Part shown: one piece after another, positions 38,001 through 47,819 of the stretch
Numbering within the stretch: the stretch's first letter is position 1
How the letters are laid out: every line of letters starts with the position of its first letter
Origin: a virus
IMG/VR virus record: IMGVR_UViG_3300030331_005816
Location: 9,724-73,723 of that record
DNA length: 64,000 bases
Strand: one strand, 5' to 3'
Translations under genes and position numbers: made by a program
Notes under the pieces: generated by a model
Seen by the model: only the letters and a program-made list of their open reading frames with translations
The model's database searches: none
What the model was told of the DNA's origin: nothing

Positions 38001-41000
38001 CAGTCAATCAAATAGTTAACGAGTTTAAATTTACTGAGCCTGAAATGCTAATATCATCTGACATGGTTCAAATATTAGATGAAGATGATGAAATACTTGG
38101 CACATTTGATCAAGTTCCAAACTATGTTTTCGTATTAGAGAAGAGCTTATACGGAGCAGTCTCTGAAGAGATTTTAGATTTCTTTGCTGGCTCGCTAGAC
38201 TTCAACAACCTTATCGGAGATCCAGTAAATCGATATAGAAAAGAATATAAATCATTAAATTATTTAAGAAATATTTTCTTTGAAAAATTTGAAAAGATAT
38301 CAACAGTTGAAAAGTATGTTGATTATTACAAATGGTTTGACGATGCTTTAGCAACTATAATATCACAATTGGTTCCAGCTTCGGCTGATTTTATAAACGA
38401 TGTTTATAATACCGTTGAGAGTCATGTACTAGAAAGAAATAAATACCAATCGCAATTTCCAACGATTGACTTTAAACAAGCTGATCCAGAAGCTAGTATC
38501 AGGGGTATTGTTGAAACTAAGTTAGGCTATCAACAAGATTTATTTGGTGGTGTTGAAACATCTCCCAGACCAACAAATGTTCATAAAAATTTCTGGAGAA
38601 GGAGAGCATTACCGGGCCCTCGCGGAACAGCAGATCATGAAATTACCTCAAGTGATGCTAGTGTAGATACTAAGCGAAGAAAAATAAGAGAAGGCTTATA
38701 CAGCCGCCCTCAGTTTAGTTCTTCAATGCCTACCCTTACTAAATTTGACGGAACTAAATATTCTCTTAATAGATTGCTTGAAACACAAAAGGCAGGAACC
38801 GTTGACTTTAGTAATCCTGAAAATGCAACAATAAACAGAACCATAGTTGGCGGTGTTAACTTTGAACATAACAAAGATATACATTACACATATACCTCTC
38901 TTTATCCCGCGGGACCAGTCATGGCACCTGCCGGTGGTGTGTTTGTGCCACAGAATGTTCTTTATGCTAGAACAGATGACACCAATCGTGTTGACACACT
39001 TGAAGATTGGATCCTTGATGGTAATGTCGGAGTAAAAAGAAAGAAGCACTTAAAAGTTGTGCAAGGTAGAGATTATAACGATGGTTTGGGTTACACTTGT
39101 AACAAAAACTCATTTGCATTCCCATTCAATGTTATGAGTTCGTCCATCACTGGTGGAGTAGATGACTTCATCAGAAGAAGAACTGAACTAGACATTAGTA
39201 TTACTAACCTGCACAATGATGTATACGGTAATGAAATGGAAGTCCCTATGCAGGGCCCATTTACAAACTATGCTGTCGGAGGCCACCAGTCTAGACACAT
39301 CGCACTGAACAGCGGCTCTGATACATACACCAACAGACCAGAGGCATGGAAGATACTACTTGGAGTTAGGGGTGACTGCCCAGAGGGTGAAGCATTGACC
39401 GGTGCGATAGGAATGGCTGCACCTGATTACCCATGGCCAGAAGCAAATGATGTTGGGGTAACACCATATCCAATGACTGCCTCTCATAAAGCAGTTTATT
39501 ATCGAGATCATATTGCCAAGAGACCAGTTAACATTAAAAATATACAAGTTTCCACAGGTTCTACAATATTAGGAAACTTTGAACACAGATACGAAGTTGT
39601 TCATTCATTCGGTACTTTTGAAAATCCAAGAAACTTTATTGAGTCCCAGCCCTCTCTTCCAACAAACTTATTTCAGTCTAGAGCTACCTCCTCGACTCAA
39701 ACTAGAACATTTTACGATACAAGAAGATCATCTGAAAGTCATTTTGAATTTATGGCAGATTACGATGTTGGCTATTTATCTGGCACTAATAACAATACAA
39801 TTATAACTACCAAATTTGATCATGGTGCCGGCGGAATGTTAACCAATGGTAACGGGTATAGAGATTTTAGATCCAATGAATTTTCCGTATATAACAGTAT
39901 TAATAACAGATTTTTATCTGTAAAAAGAAGATCCCAAGTATCAACTGGACAAACAAGCGAATTAGTTGGCTCTGGCACTGCTGGGATTAGAGTATTTGAT
40001 ATACATGGTTTAGATTTTGGTTTAAGGTCGCATTCTTCAAGACATACTGCCAGATTTGGTAGAGATAGCTCTATATTTCCAACAGGACTTCAAAGAGCTG
40101 CTTACAATTTGGGTGCTGACTTTATGGGATATTCCGAGGTTAGTATTTATCGTCATGGTCACAATTTACAAGGATGGTGGAGATTAAATGAGAATGTTGC
40201 CAGTTCCGGTGACGTTGTAGATAGTAGTGGCAACGGTAGAACAGGAACATTTGATAGCTCTGGAGATCGACCAGCTTTTTCAACAACCTCCTTTCCTAGT
40301 CGCTTTGTTCAGACCGCTTCGTGTGTGTTTGCTGAATCTAGCGATCGTGCAACTAAAATTGGTGCACCCGCGACTTGGGATGCAATTATTGGTAATGATA
40401 CTGCAAACGGTTCAACTGAAAAAATGTCATTCACAGCTTGGATTTTTAAAACCGGAGATGGCGGATTTAATGTTGGAAGAATTCTTGATTTTGGTGACTC
40501 CGATATAAGTGTGTTCACTGATAGTGATGATCAATTAAGATTTTCAGCAAGATGGTCTAGTGGTATCGCGTTCTTTGAAAGTGCTGCAATATTAAATCAA
40601 AATGTATGGACCCATGTGGCCATAACTTATGATGCAACTGATAGAACAAATCTTCCAAAAATGTATATCAATGGCATAGAAACGGCAACATCAATTACGT
40701 CAGGCACCCCAAGCGGTGGTTCTACATTTAGTGGGATATCTACAGAGCAATGTTATATTGGGAATAGAGCCAGCGAAGATGCAGGATTTGATGGTAATCT
40801 CGCAGATGTTGCAGTTTGGAATGCTATCTTAACAAGTGAGAGTATAGCTGCAATATATAATGCAAGTAAGACACCTGAAATCGATGGCCCGGGCACAAAT
40901 TATGATGAAGCACCCGGCTTTCATAAAGTGCATAGAAATTGCATGCCACGTAAAAAAATCAATTACTTATTAACTTCAAGTGAAATACCCGGCACTGGCT

Positions 41001-44000
41001 TAACTAATTCAAAATGCATAGACATAACCAACGGCGTTGGCACCTGTGCAGTTATGCCCAACTTAACAAAGCGTAATGAAAGAATATTTGATGGAGCCTA
41101 TGCTGCTTCTAATGGTGGAGAAGTAAAATTTACATTTAGTGGTTGGATCAAAAACGATTTAAACGGAGTACAAAAATCAATTTTTGAATTTGGTATATGT
41201 ACTGGATTGGGCTCTGCTCCACCAATACATAAATTTTTCATAGACAGCGCTTATAAATTAAAATACACATTCATTACTAGCGACAGTGGTAACTCAAGCT
41301 TCAATAGCAACACATATACAACAACCAATAATGTCCTTACGGGCTCAGGATTCAAACATGTTGCAATTAGTGTAACTGGCTCTCAAGGTGCAATACCCGG
41401 CTTAGGGCCATCAATTAAAATTTATGTAAATGGAGAACTACAAGGAGGTTCTACATCAACAGGTAATACCAAACCATTTTTCCCAACTAGCTCAACTAGC
41501 GGATTACCGGCAAAAGTCAGTAATTTTAGAGGGTTTGGCAGTTCACTGCTTTCACCATTTGTATTTTTCTGCGCAACAAATAATCATGCAAATGATGAAT
41601 ATACCGGCAAAGCAGACGAGTTTTCTCTGTACAATAGTGAATTAAGTGCAACTGATATTGAAACGTTATATAATTCTGGGAAGCCGCAAAACCTCACATC
41701 GAGCGGGATGGCAGGAAGTTCTAGTTTACTTTCGTGGTGGCGGTTCGGCGATGCGGCCGGAGATGATCTCTCCAAAGGAACCACATCAGCTAAAAGCCCA
41801 TTCACCGCAGCAGATGGAAACATAGTTGTTGATATAAAAAATTCAGCAAACATACAATTCACAGCAAAAAGCGGCAACAATTTAACTTCTACAACTAGTT
41901 CCATAGGCGACACTCTGCCGGGCCAACCACCGGATACAATTTTAACTGAGTTAATAACTGGGTATAGCCAAGACAAAATATGTGATAATTTATTTGTACA
42001 ACATCAAATACCAAGAATGAGTAAACAGTATGCTTGGATTACAGCTTCGCTTGTTAGTGACAATGGTATTAGCGGATTTTACCGTCCAGATTTTAGAAGA
42101 AGAGTCTCATCATCTAGTGGTATAAATTATGTCGATTCCTTTGACTTTGTGACTGCGAGTCAAGATGGGAGTGCTATTGAGAATAATATTAGAATATTTC
42201 CAACATATGGCACCGGTTCGTTTACTGCCCGCGGCGGAAGTTCATTCAATGCATCAACTAACTACCTTCCACAAGTCACAAGACTTAATTTAAACATAGT
42301 GGAACCTATTTCATCTTCAACTAATACACTTGGATACCCAGCTTCAGTACCTTTAGCAGATGAAACAACTAGTACATTACAATATGTTAATGTTGGTCCA
42401 TTTGGCGGCGGAGACCAACATCTCATTGATCTTGTAACTGATGATCCTGATTCAACCACCGGGTTCCGAGGGCTTGGTGTCGCTTTTAACAATCTTATGT
42501 TCAAGAGAGGCAATCAATTTGGTTATCCATCTTGGAAACAAGTTCGCCAACAAGACCATCCAATATTGGTCAACGAGAGAATAAACAACAAGATCACTGT
42601 TGTTAATGATTCTGAACTAAGGGAATTTGATTTAAGACCAGTATCAATGGTTGGTCGCCCATCATTTGCAAATTATGATTTTGAACAAAATCCATCTATT
42701 GAAGAGTCTCTCCCGCAAAATGCCACATTTAAGACCTCTTATAGTAATGAGTATGTGTTGTTTAATGATCCCGAACTAAATGCTTTGGTTGAGGTGGATT
42801 TCAATAATCAAATAACACCATTTGAACAATTAGTTGCCCTTAACAAATTGCGGATCTACAATTTAAATTGGGTTCTCTATCAAGAAAACCTATTCCCATC
42901 TCTCAGAAACGAATTTGCTTCATCATCAACAACCAGAGTGGACTATAACAGTGGATTCTGGAAAGATAATCACAATGAAAGAGTTAGCAGCAGTACAGGA
43001 ATCGCTAACTCTGTCGGTGTGTTTCAATACGGTGATTTCGATCCCGGCGGAAGTATACTACCTGCAGAAATAAGATTAATAACACAAAGTATATGGCCTC
43101 TTGATGCTCCTTTAGATTTTGAAACTAGAAATGCACCCCCGGTTATTGCATCTACAATTGTCAGCGGATTCAAATTTCTCACTGGCTCTTCCCTGATAAG
43201 TTCAAACTCCGCAGGTGAGTTACAAAATACTTATAGTACATATCACTTTTTTGAAAATCAAAGTAAAATACCAACTGGCCAATTCGCTAAAAGACAAGTA
43301 CCTCTCTGTGTTAGAAATGCAGCTTTGTATTCAAGAAAACACATGTTGGCATCTCCATTGTCAATTAATAATCCAGCCGGAATGAACACATATATAGATC
43401 CAATCCCGCAAAACCCTAATATAGCATTTAGTCCAACAAGTTATGGTGTTTTACCAGTGGCTAGTGGCTCTGGTGAGGCCAAGTGGGAAGCTGATCGTTT
43501 GGCTGGTATATTGAAGCTGGTATCAACTTTATCTTCCAACAATCAAAAAGAAACTGTCGCAACTTTTGTTTCTGCTGCATCTGAACCTTTTTATGACAAT
43601 TATGATGATTTCCGTGCAGACTTAAAGTTTATAGCCAAAGGATATTCAATACTGCCAGAGTTTAGAATATCTGAACATGTGGAAGACTATACTAGATTAG
43701 GCATTTCCCCTAACATCAATCAGAAAACTGATACATTTGAAATTCCCGGCACAACAATAAACAGTTCTCAAAATAATTTTTACAAAGATTATTCAAATTC
43801 TGACTTTTTAGAAAACTTCTTAGATGTAAAAAATCTGACCGATTTTTCAGCTAAAGAAATAAAATTAACCTGTAGAGCAGCAATCAAGTTCCATCCATAT
43901 AAGGGATTCTATCCGGCTCAAAGATCTTTAGATCTTGTAAGTCAATTTAGTAGATCATATGCCGATACAATTGATGTATCAATTACCGGTTCATCTGCGG

Positions 44001-46747
44001 TTCTTGCACCTTCTAAAATTCAATTTAGCTATGTTAAACCAGTAATGCAACCACTTTTTGCACCGGGTATACTTTTTAACTCGATTAAATCTGGTATTGC
44101 TGTTGACTATCCGGTACAGTCTGATGGTCTCAGAGTGACATCACAAAATGTCTCAGGTTCAGCAACAGATTTAACTAATAGAAACTTCCTAATCGGAGCT
44201 GCTATATTAGATGATATAGGCTCTGATCAGGAGGCAAAAAATTATTTATCTGGTGCATTCTGGACTAAAAGAATACCATTCGAGGGGATTATTAATCCGG
44301 CAGCACATATGCAAGGTATTGAGTTGCCTGACATTGAACCACACCCAAGTATGAGTTTTTCAGGCCAAGACATAACTGCTTCAATTAACGGAGCACCATC
44401 AGACAATATTTATACTCTTATGGCTTCAAATTATTTTGCTGAAGTTGGTAAATTCTTCCTTAATGGTGGAGGATATACAAAACTGAAATCCAATGGTGTT
44501 AATACCGCAGATTTTAAATTTGAACAAGGTGAAATATATGGGGCACGACTTAGACTTAAAACATCATATTCGGGAAGCAGAACATATGATTTTGAAAGTG
44601 GTTCCGATGGAACAAATGGCTTTTATGGTGTTTTTGGAGCTAAAGCAATTGATAAAATAAAATTTGGCACAGCTATGCCCCTTTTCCAAGGTCTGGGCTC
44701 CACAGCAAGGGTTGCAGCACCTGCACTTAGTTCCTCGACACTCGCAGCTTCTGGCACTTATGAAATACCACAAGATCCAACTCAAAATCCCGAGTTTAGT
44801 AAAAACTTTACAATGTACAGTAGAACAACAGCCTTTGGCCCACCCATCTTGGGTAGAAAGTACACAGATAGTTATCCTACTACAGTTGCACTTAAAAGTT
44901 ATAATGAAATTGCTACGGGATCAGCTAATTTTGGAACCAAAGATTCACTCAACGGATTTAATTGGTCGTTTACTCCACCATATTATGATGGTGAGGCATG
45001 GGTCGATTTTGTGTTTATTCCAACAGCATCAGTTAACTACGACTTAAATAGAATTTTAAAAGAGACAAAAATAGTACCCAGAAGATTTGATCCCGGCGAT
45101 AGCTTGGTCCGCACCGCCACAGGTGATCCTCTATATTCTGGTTTCAGAACACTTGTAAAAGATAGATTATATCCCGCCGCCGACCCGGTTGCAACCTTCT
45201 CGCCGGACAACACCAATAGTGTCAATGATTCGGTTGATGGCTTTGAAATATACTCAGGCGAAAACATCAATAGTAATGCAATGCAAATAAATGCATCGAT
45301 TAACTTATTCGGTGTTGAGAATGTTCCTAAAACAACTTTTGACAAGTTTGGTCAGTTGGTACAAGATGAAAATGAAATTGTATCAAAACGATGGGTAATA
45401 CAACCTAAGTTTGAAACTCCAATGATGAACTTCCATGATACCGGTGCTAGACCAATATCAGCAGACGAAGGAACACTAACACTGCCACAGAATTTTGGTT
45501 CTGAATCTGTACCTCGTGGTATGTGGCATCAATTTGGAACAATACCAGAAGATGCTAATAAAGGTATTTTCTTAGAGATTGGTGAAATACCTCAGACATG
45601 GTTAAGAAATCATTATGAAGTGGTAGGAAGTTCGTCTGTGTATAACGATTTTAATGGTTTAGTTGGTCCTTCAATTCATCAAAGTTATAAATCATTTGCC
45701 GATTTAATGGGATTCACAAATGAAAACTCAAGTGTTAGACTTGGTGAATTAGCAAACAGACAAACAATTAGAGAGGCAGTTGTCGCGGTACCGTATGTAG
45801 TACAGGCTCCACCACTCATCGTGAGTCCTTCCACCGAGTCAGGTGTAGAAATTCCTTTAGATTCCTCAATCGACCCCCGCAAGAAGTTTATTTCTATTCC
45901 ACAATTGCGATATGAAGCTGCTTTATCAGAAAATGCCGGCTCAGCAATTGGTAATTCTTTAGACGCTGCTGGTAAATCAATTAGAAATCAAGTTAATAAA
46001 ATGAAACAATTTGTGTTACCACCTCAATTTGATTTTATTAATAATACAGAAATCGAACCAATGGTAATGTATATATTTGATTTTAAGTATGAACTTGACA
46101 AAAATGACTTGTCGTATATTTGGCAGAACTTATCTCCAAGAGATAGCCGTAGGGTGTCATTAGCTGAAGATGCTGTAGCACATGAATTAATCAACACTGA
46201 GTTACTTACTGAAGACAATCTTATCAATAATGCAAATTTGAGATGGATGGTATTTAAGGTTAAGCAAAGAAGTCAAGCCCTTTATGAAGACATAGTTGTC
46301 AAACAGGTTAATCAATCAATCAAACCTCCACAATTATTAGGCCCACAAAGACAAGCTGCCGACACACAAGGCTACAAAGTTAGATTTAATTGGCCATATG
46401 ATTATGTTTCAATTATTGAAACAGTAAAACTTGATGCTGATCTACTCTATAAAAAAGATAATGAACAAGCTCCTGTAAATCTCATTACACAACCACCGCA
46501 AACACCCAATGGACAAGCTGCGGGTGCTCCTTCTATCCTTGGACAAGACATTAACGGCGACGGCTTTTTTGGACAAGACATCGACGGCGACGGCTTTTTT
46601 GGGCAAGATCTTGACGGCGATGGCCGGACACAAATTAAATCATCTAAGATTCAGAGTAAAAACATTGGAAAAATTAATCAAACACTTGATAAATCTAAAC
46701 GAAAGAAAAAATATTTTAATAGACCCACAAAAAAAACAACAAAGTAA
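35060..46747 (+). CDS. giant baseplate/tail protein (3895 aa) with three LamG/concanavalin-A-like domains
   Basis: LamG motifs TIEFW..WKHYSF..LYVDG..GSIDEFRFW (~35650-36250), SFTAWI..WTHVAITY..MYING..GNLADVAVWN (~40170-40860), TFSGWI..KHVAI..IYVNG..DEFSLYN (~41120-41750); IYKAKGTEKAI wedge-like motif. Confidence 0.8.
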   Translation: MSTKDLFTRNYLTDKNEKDAFSEVESADNIKEVRKKQTTFVPNVDYTDPLSFARYGSARLYYKSAIDRIVDFYPYDGSQAELNEFHNKSLDIEKHIFDNRYPRTTGYANFSPNGWGTATSRPGGYGSSNVNEYITFKAGPNSTSQTAALKSLVPDSETSTYQYSNIYDESLYTNKGLPSDYGQGTRTSNLKSNFDTGVTIEFWAKTGSLDTSLTEKQVIVDIWNNELSSSAHYGRITVELDGTAGGATPWLVTVESGSTSVFQQSVGTDLSIDTLSDWKHYSFVLQNSGSDFHIKLYVDGQHNDTEVVSSRAVSEINPENLMGRIGALQTAPKGLEDVSKISNYSGAGKLSGSIDEFRFWKVARNAKQVGQNWFTQIRGGVNTDISNTTLGMYYKFNEGITNSSSLDSVVLDYGGRVCNGTWTGYVATSRNTGSAIVSASAAGSEYLDPIIYSVHPDVVSLKSELEDLGTFHDSQNNSMFLKSVPAWILEEAEDLGNSDLEKLTHIMGAYFDKLYLQIQAIPKLRHQNYISGSEQQIPFSQNLPQSLGLQTPEIFVDSTVLEKFANRTDTQLFQEDLQQTKSLIYQNIYNNLADIYKAKGTEKAIRNVLRCFNIDDNLIYLRAYSNNQLFELKNNLKQTQKKTRLLNLNKQTSTTAVVYQAADPSVTDARGFISGSEGLAYEDNYGFTAEVGVKFPKFFRSLDKIDREFINTVSIFGMHSASVDNPSETTIFSSDTANFQVQAVRDKVYSKNVFFRLSSSVTPFPAPLLTSSLYYNVYDDENWNLSVGLRPSKYPFVNISSGSEDFTYDFVFRGYNNKLGTVNNSFELTASVSKEVGQNFLRAAKRLYVGATNENITGSTNTVQSDVQYTDARYWTKYIDSYTLKQHSVDRENFGLSGSYRSIDPVTTPIDNQNSYNFNSLALDWFFETVTGSDAAGQFYVTDLSSGSALIRNNFGWAGQIGGHPHTGRGKGFQANDDQVAVNQIVNEFKFTEPEMLISSDMVQILDEDDEILGTFDQVPNYVFVLEKSLYGAVSEEILDFFAGSLDFNNLIGDPVNRYRKEYKSLNYLRNIFFEKFEKISTVEKYVDYYKWFDDALATIISQLVPASADFINDVYNTVESHVLERNKYQSQFPTIDFKQADPEASIRGIVETKLGYQQDLFGGVETSPRPTNVHKNFWRRRALPGPRGTADHEITSSDASVDTKRRKIREGLYSRPQFSSSMPTLTKFDGTKYSLNRLLETQKAGTVDFSNPENATINRTIVGGVNFEHNKDIHYTYTSLYPAGPVMAPAGGVFVPQNVLYARTDDTNRVDTLEDWILDGNVGVKRKKHLKVVQGRDYNDGLGYTCNKNSFAFPFNVMSSSITGGVDDFIRRRTELDISITNLHNDVYGNEMEVPMQGPFTNYAVGGHQSRHIALNSGSDTYTNRPEAWKILLGVRGDCPEGEALTGAIGMAAPDYPWPEANDVGVTPYPMTASHKAVYYRDHIAKRPVNIKNIQVSTGSTILGNFEHRYEVVHSFGTFENPRNFIESQPSLPTNLFQSRATSSTQTRTFYDTRRSSESHFEFMADYDVGYLSGTNNNTIITTKFDHGAGGMLTNGNGYRDFRSNEFSVYNSINNRFLSVKRRSQVSTGQTSELVGSGTAGIRVFDIHGLDFGLRSHSSRHTARFGRDSSIFPTGLQRAAYNLGADFMGYSEVSIYRHGHNLQGWWRLNENVASSGDVVDSSGNGRTGTFDSSGDRPAFSTTSFPSRFVQTASCVFAESSDRATKIGAPATWDAIIGNDTANGSTEKMSFTAWIFKTGDGGFNVGRILDFGDSDISVFTDSDDQLRFSARWSSGIAFFESAAILNQNVWTHVAITYDATDRTNLPKMYINGIETATSITSGTPSGGSTFSGISTEQCYIGNRASEDAGFDGNLADVAVWNAILTSESIAAIYNASKTPEIDGPGTNYDEAPGFHKVHRNCMPRKKINYLLTSSEIPGTGLTNSKCIDITNGVGTCAVMPNLTKRNERIFDGAYAASNGGEVKFTFSGWIKNDLNGVQKSIFEFGICTGLGSAPPIHKFFIDSAYKLKYTFITSDSGNSSFNSNTYTTTNNVLTGSGFKHVAISVTGSQGAIPGLGPSIKIYVNGELQGGSTSTGNTKPFFPTSSTSGLPAKVSNFRGFGSSLLSPFVFFCATNNHANDEYTGKADEFSLYNSELSATDIETLYNSGKPQNLTSSGMAGSSSLLSWWRFGDAAGDDLSKGTTSAKSPFTAADGNIVVDIKNSANIQFTAKSGNNLTSTTSSIGDTLPGQPPDTILTELITGYSQDKICDNLFVQHQIPRMSKQYAWITASLVSDNGISGFYRPDFRRRVSSSSGINYVDSFDFVTASQDGSAIENNIRIFPTYGTGSFTARGGSSFNASTNYLPQVTRLNLNIVEPISSSTNTLGYPASVPLADETTSTLQYVNVGPFGGGDQHLIDLVTDDPDSTTGFRGLGVAFNNLMFKRGNQFGYPSWKQVRQQDHPILVNERINNKITVVNDSELREFDLRPVSMVGRPSFANYDFEQNPSIEESLPQNATFKTSYSNEYVLFNDPELNALVEVDFNNQITPFEQLVALNKLRIYNLNWVLYQENLFPSLRNEFASSSTTRVDYNSGFWKDNHNERVSSSTGIANSVGVFQYGDFDPGGSILPAEIRLITQSIWPLDAPLDFETRNAPPVIASTIVSGFKFLTGSSLISSNSAGELQNTYSTYHFFENQSKIPTGQFAKRQVPLCVRNAALYSRKHMLASPLSINNPAGMNTYIDPIPQNPNIAFSPTSYGVLPVASGSGEAKWEADRLAGILKLVSTLSSNNQKETVATFVSAASEPFYDNYDDFRADLKFIAKGYSILPEFRISEHVEDYTRLGISPNINQKTDTFEIPGTTINSSQNNFYKDYSNSDFLENFLDVKNLTDFSAKEIKLTCRAAIKFHPYKGFYPAQRSLDLVSQFSRSYADTIDVSITGSSAVLAPSKIQFSYVKPVMQPLFAPGILFNSIKSGIAVDYPVQSDGLRVTSQNVSGSATDLTNRNFLIGAAILDDIGSDQEAKNYLSGAFWTKRIPFEGIINPAAHMQGIELPDIEPHPSMSFSGQDITASINGAPSDNIYTLMASNYFAEVGKFFLNGGGYTKLKSNGVNTADFKFEQGEIYGARLRLKTSYSGSRTYDFESGSDGTNGFYGVFGAKAIDKIKFGTAMPLFQGLGSTARVAAPALSSSTLAASGTYEIPQDPTQNPEFSKNFTMYSRTTAFGPPILGRKYTDSYPTTVALKSYNEIATGSANFGTKDSLNGFNWSFTPPYYDGEAWVDFVFIPTASVNYDLNRILKETKIVPRRFDPGDSLVRTATGDPLYSGFRTLVKDRLYPAADPVATFSPDNTNSVNDSVDGFEIYSGENINSNAMQINASINLFGVENVPKTTFDKFGQLVQDENEIVSKRWVIQPKFETPMMNFHDTGARPISADEGTLTLPQNFGSESVPRGMWHQFGTIPEDANKGIFLEIGEIPQTWLRNHYEVVGSSSVYNDFNGLVGPSIHQSYKSFADLMGFTNENSSVRLGELANRQTIREAVVAVPYVVQAPPLIVSPSTESGVEIPLDSSIDPRKKFISIPQLRYEAALSENAGSAIGNSLDAAGKSIRNQVNKMKQFVLPPQFDFINNTEIEPMVMYIFDFKYELDKNDLSYIWQNLSPRDSRRVSLAEDAVAHELINTELLTEDNLINNANLRWMVFKVKQRSQALYEDIVVKQVNQSIKPPQLLGPQRQAADTQGYKVRFNWPYDYVSIIETVKLDADLLYKKDNEQAPVNLITQPPQTPNGQAAGAPSILGQDINGDGFFGQDIDGDGFFGQDLDGDGRTQIKSSKIQSKNIGKINQTLDKSKRKKKYFNRPTKKTTK
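46541..46630 (+). repeat. 30-bp x3 in-frame tandem repeat encoding GQD(I/L)(N/D)GDG(FF/RT)
   Basis: GGACAAGACATTAACGGCGACGGCTTTTTT / GGACAAGACATCGACGGCGACGGCTTTTTT / GGGCAAGATCTTGACGGCGATGGCCGGACA. Confidence 0.92.
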
Positions 46748-46772
46748 ATGATAAAAAGTAAGGAAATATATT

Positions 46773-47819
46773 ATGGCTAAATTTTTAGATAAAAAAGAAA
46801 GAGTAATGGATATTGAACTTACAAGTTACGGCAAACATTTACTTTCAACAGGCAAGTTTAAGCCTGTATATTATTCATTCTATGACGATAATATTATTTA
46901 CGATGGCGATTATGTAAACAATAATGAGTCACAGAACGCTGCCCATACAAGAATTAAAGACGAAACACCTTATTTGGAAAGCTTAGTATTGTTTGAAGAC
47001 ATAGAAAGCAAAATGCAAAAAATACCAAGAGTTGATGAAACTGGATTAGGTATTATTAGTATTGACACTGTTCCACTTGAGCCAGAAAAGCCAAGATTAG
47101 ATAATTTCATACATAATAATGCTATTGGAGATGCTTTGTTAAATGGTGAGCAACCAAATCTGGTACCGTCATGGAAAGTTGTTATGCTGCAAAGTAGTAT
47201 AACATCATCAGCAAGACAACAAACTGGAACCTCAAAAGTTCCAATTGATATTCCACAAATAAACATATCTGCATCATATTCAAAGCAATTGGTTGATCTT
47301 CAAGACATTAGCATTATACCAGACTCGGTTAGAGATTCTTTGGTACAATCTTCTGTTTTTGTGGACAACAAAGTAGTTCAACTTGTGATGGATGATCCAA
47401 TTATTTATTTGGAGGAAATTAACACAGAGTTATTAAATGACAATTTTGATATCGAAGTATTTTGCCTTGAAGAAGGACTTGAAAGTGAAAGCATGACAAG
47501 AAAGTATTTTGAATCCAAAAAAGAACAAATTGTTGATGGTATGATGGTTATGCCAAATCCAGTTGTTGATCAAACACAAAGTGATGGGGAGGAACCGCCC
47601 AATAACGATATACAATTTAGTAATAATGCAGTAGAATATTATTTTACAATCTTAAAAGATGCAGATACTGATCAAGAAACAGTGTGCAAGGCAATGCGAG
47701 AATTTAATAAAAATAACTATTATGTTGATTTAGATTTTGATTGCAATACAGAAGATGAAGAAAACTTTTTCAATGATATTTATGGTAGTGAGGTAGTTCC
47801 AGAAATATGCCTAGATTAA
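46773..47819 (+). CDS. virion structural protein; N-terminus paralogous to 56224 ORF
   Basis: MAKFLDKKERVMDIELTSYGKHLLSTGKFKPVYYSFYDDNIIY. Confidence 0.65.
   Translation: MAKFLDKKERVMDIELTSYGKHLLSTGKFKPVYYSFYDDNIIYDGDYVNNNESQNAAHTRIKDETPYLESLVLFEDIESKMQKIPRVDETGLGIISIDTVPLEPEKPRLDNFIHNNAIGDALLNGEQPNLVPSWKVVMLQSSITSSARQQTGTSKVPIDIPQINISASYSKQLVDLQDISIIPDSVRDSLVQSSVFVDNKVVQLVMDDPIIYLEEINTELLNDNFDIEVFCLEEGLESESMTRKYFESKKEQIVDGMMVMPNPVVDQTQSDGEEPPNNDIQFSNNAVEYYFTILKDADTDQETVCKAMREFNKNNYYVDLDFDCNTEDEENFFNDIYGSEVVPEICLD

Noticed and set aside
46541-46630. 30-bp repeats as a CRISPR array or DGR template/variable repeat
   Set aside because: Units are contiguous without spacers and in frame within a CDS; no reverse transcriptase or cas operon in the window.
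24753-46747. Inteins or introns inflating the giant ORFs
   Set aside because: No splice-junction (C...HN-C/S/T) or LAGLIDADG motifs recognised, and no frame interruptions.
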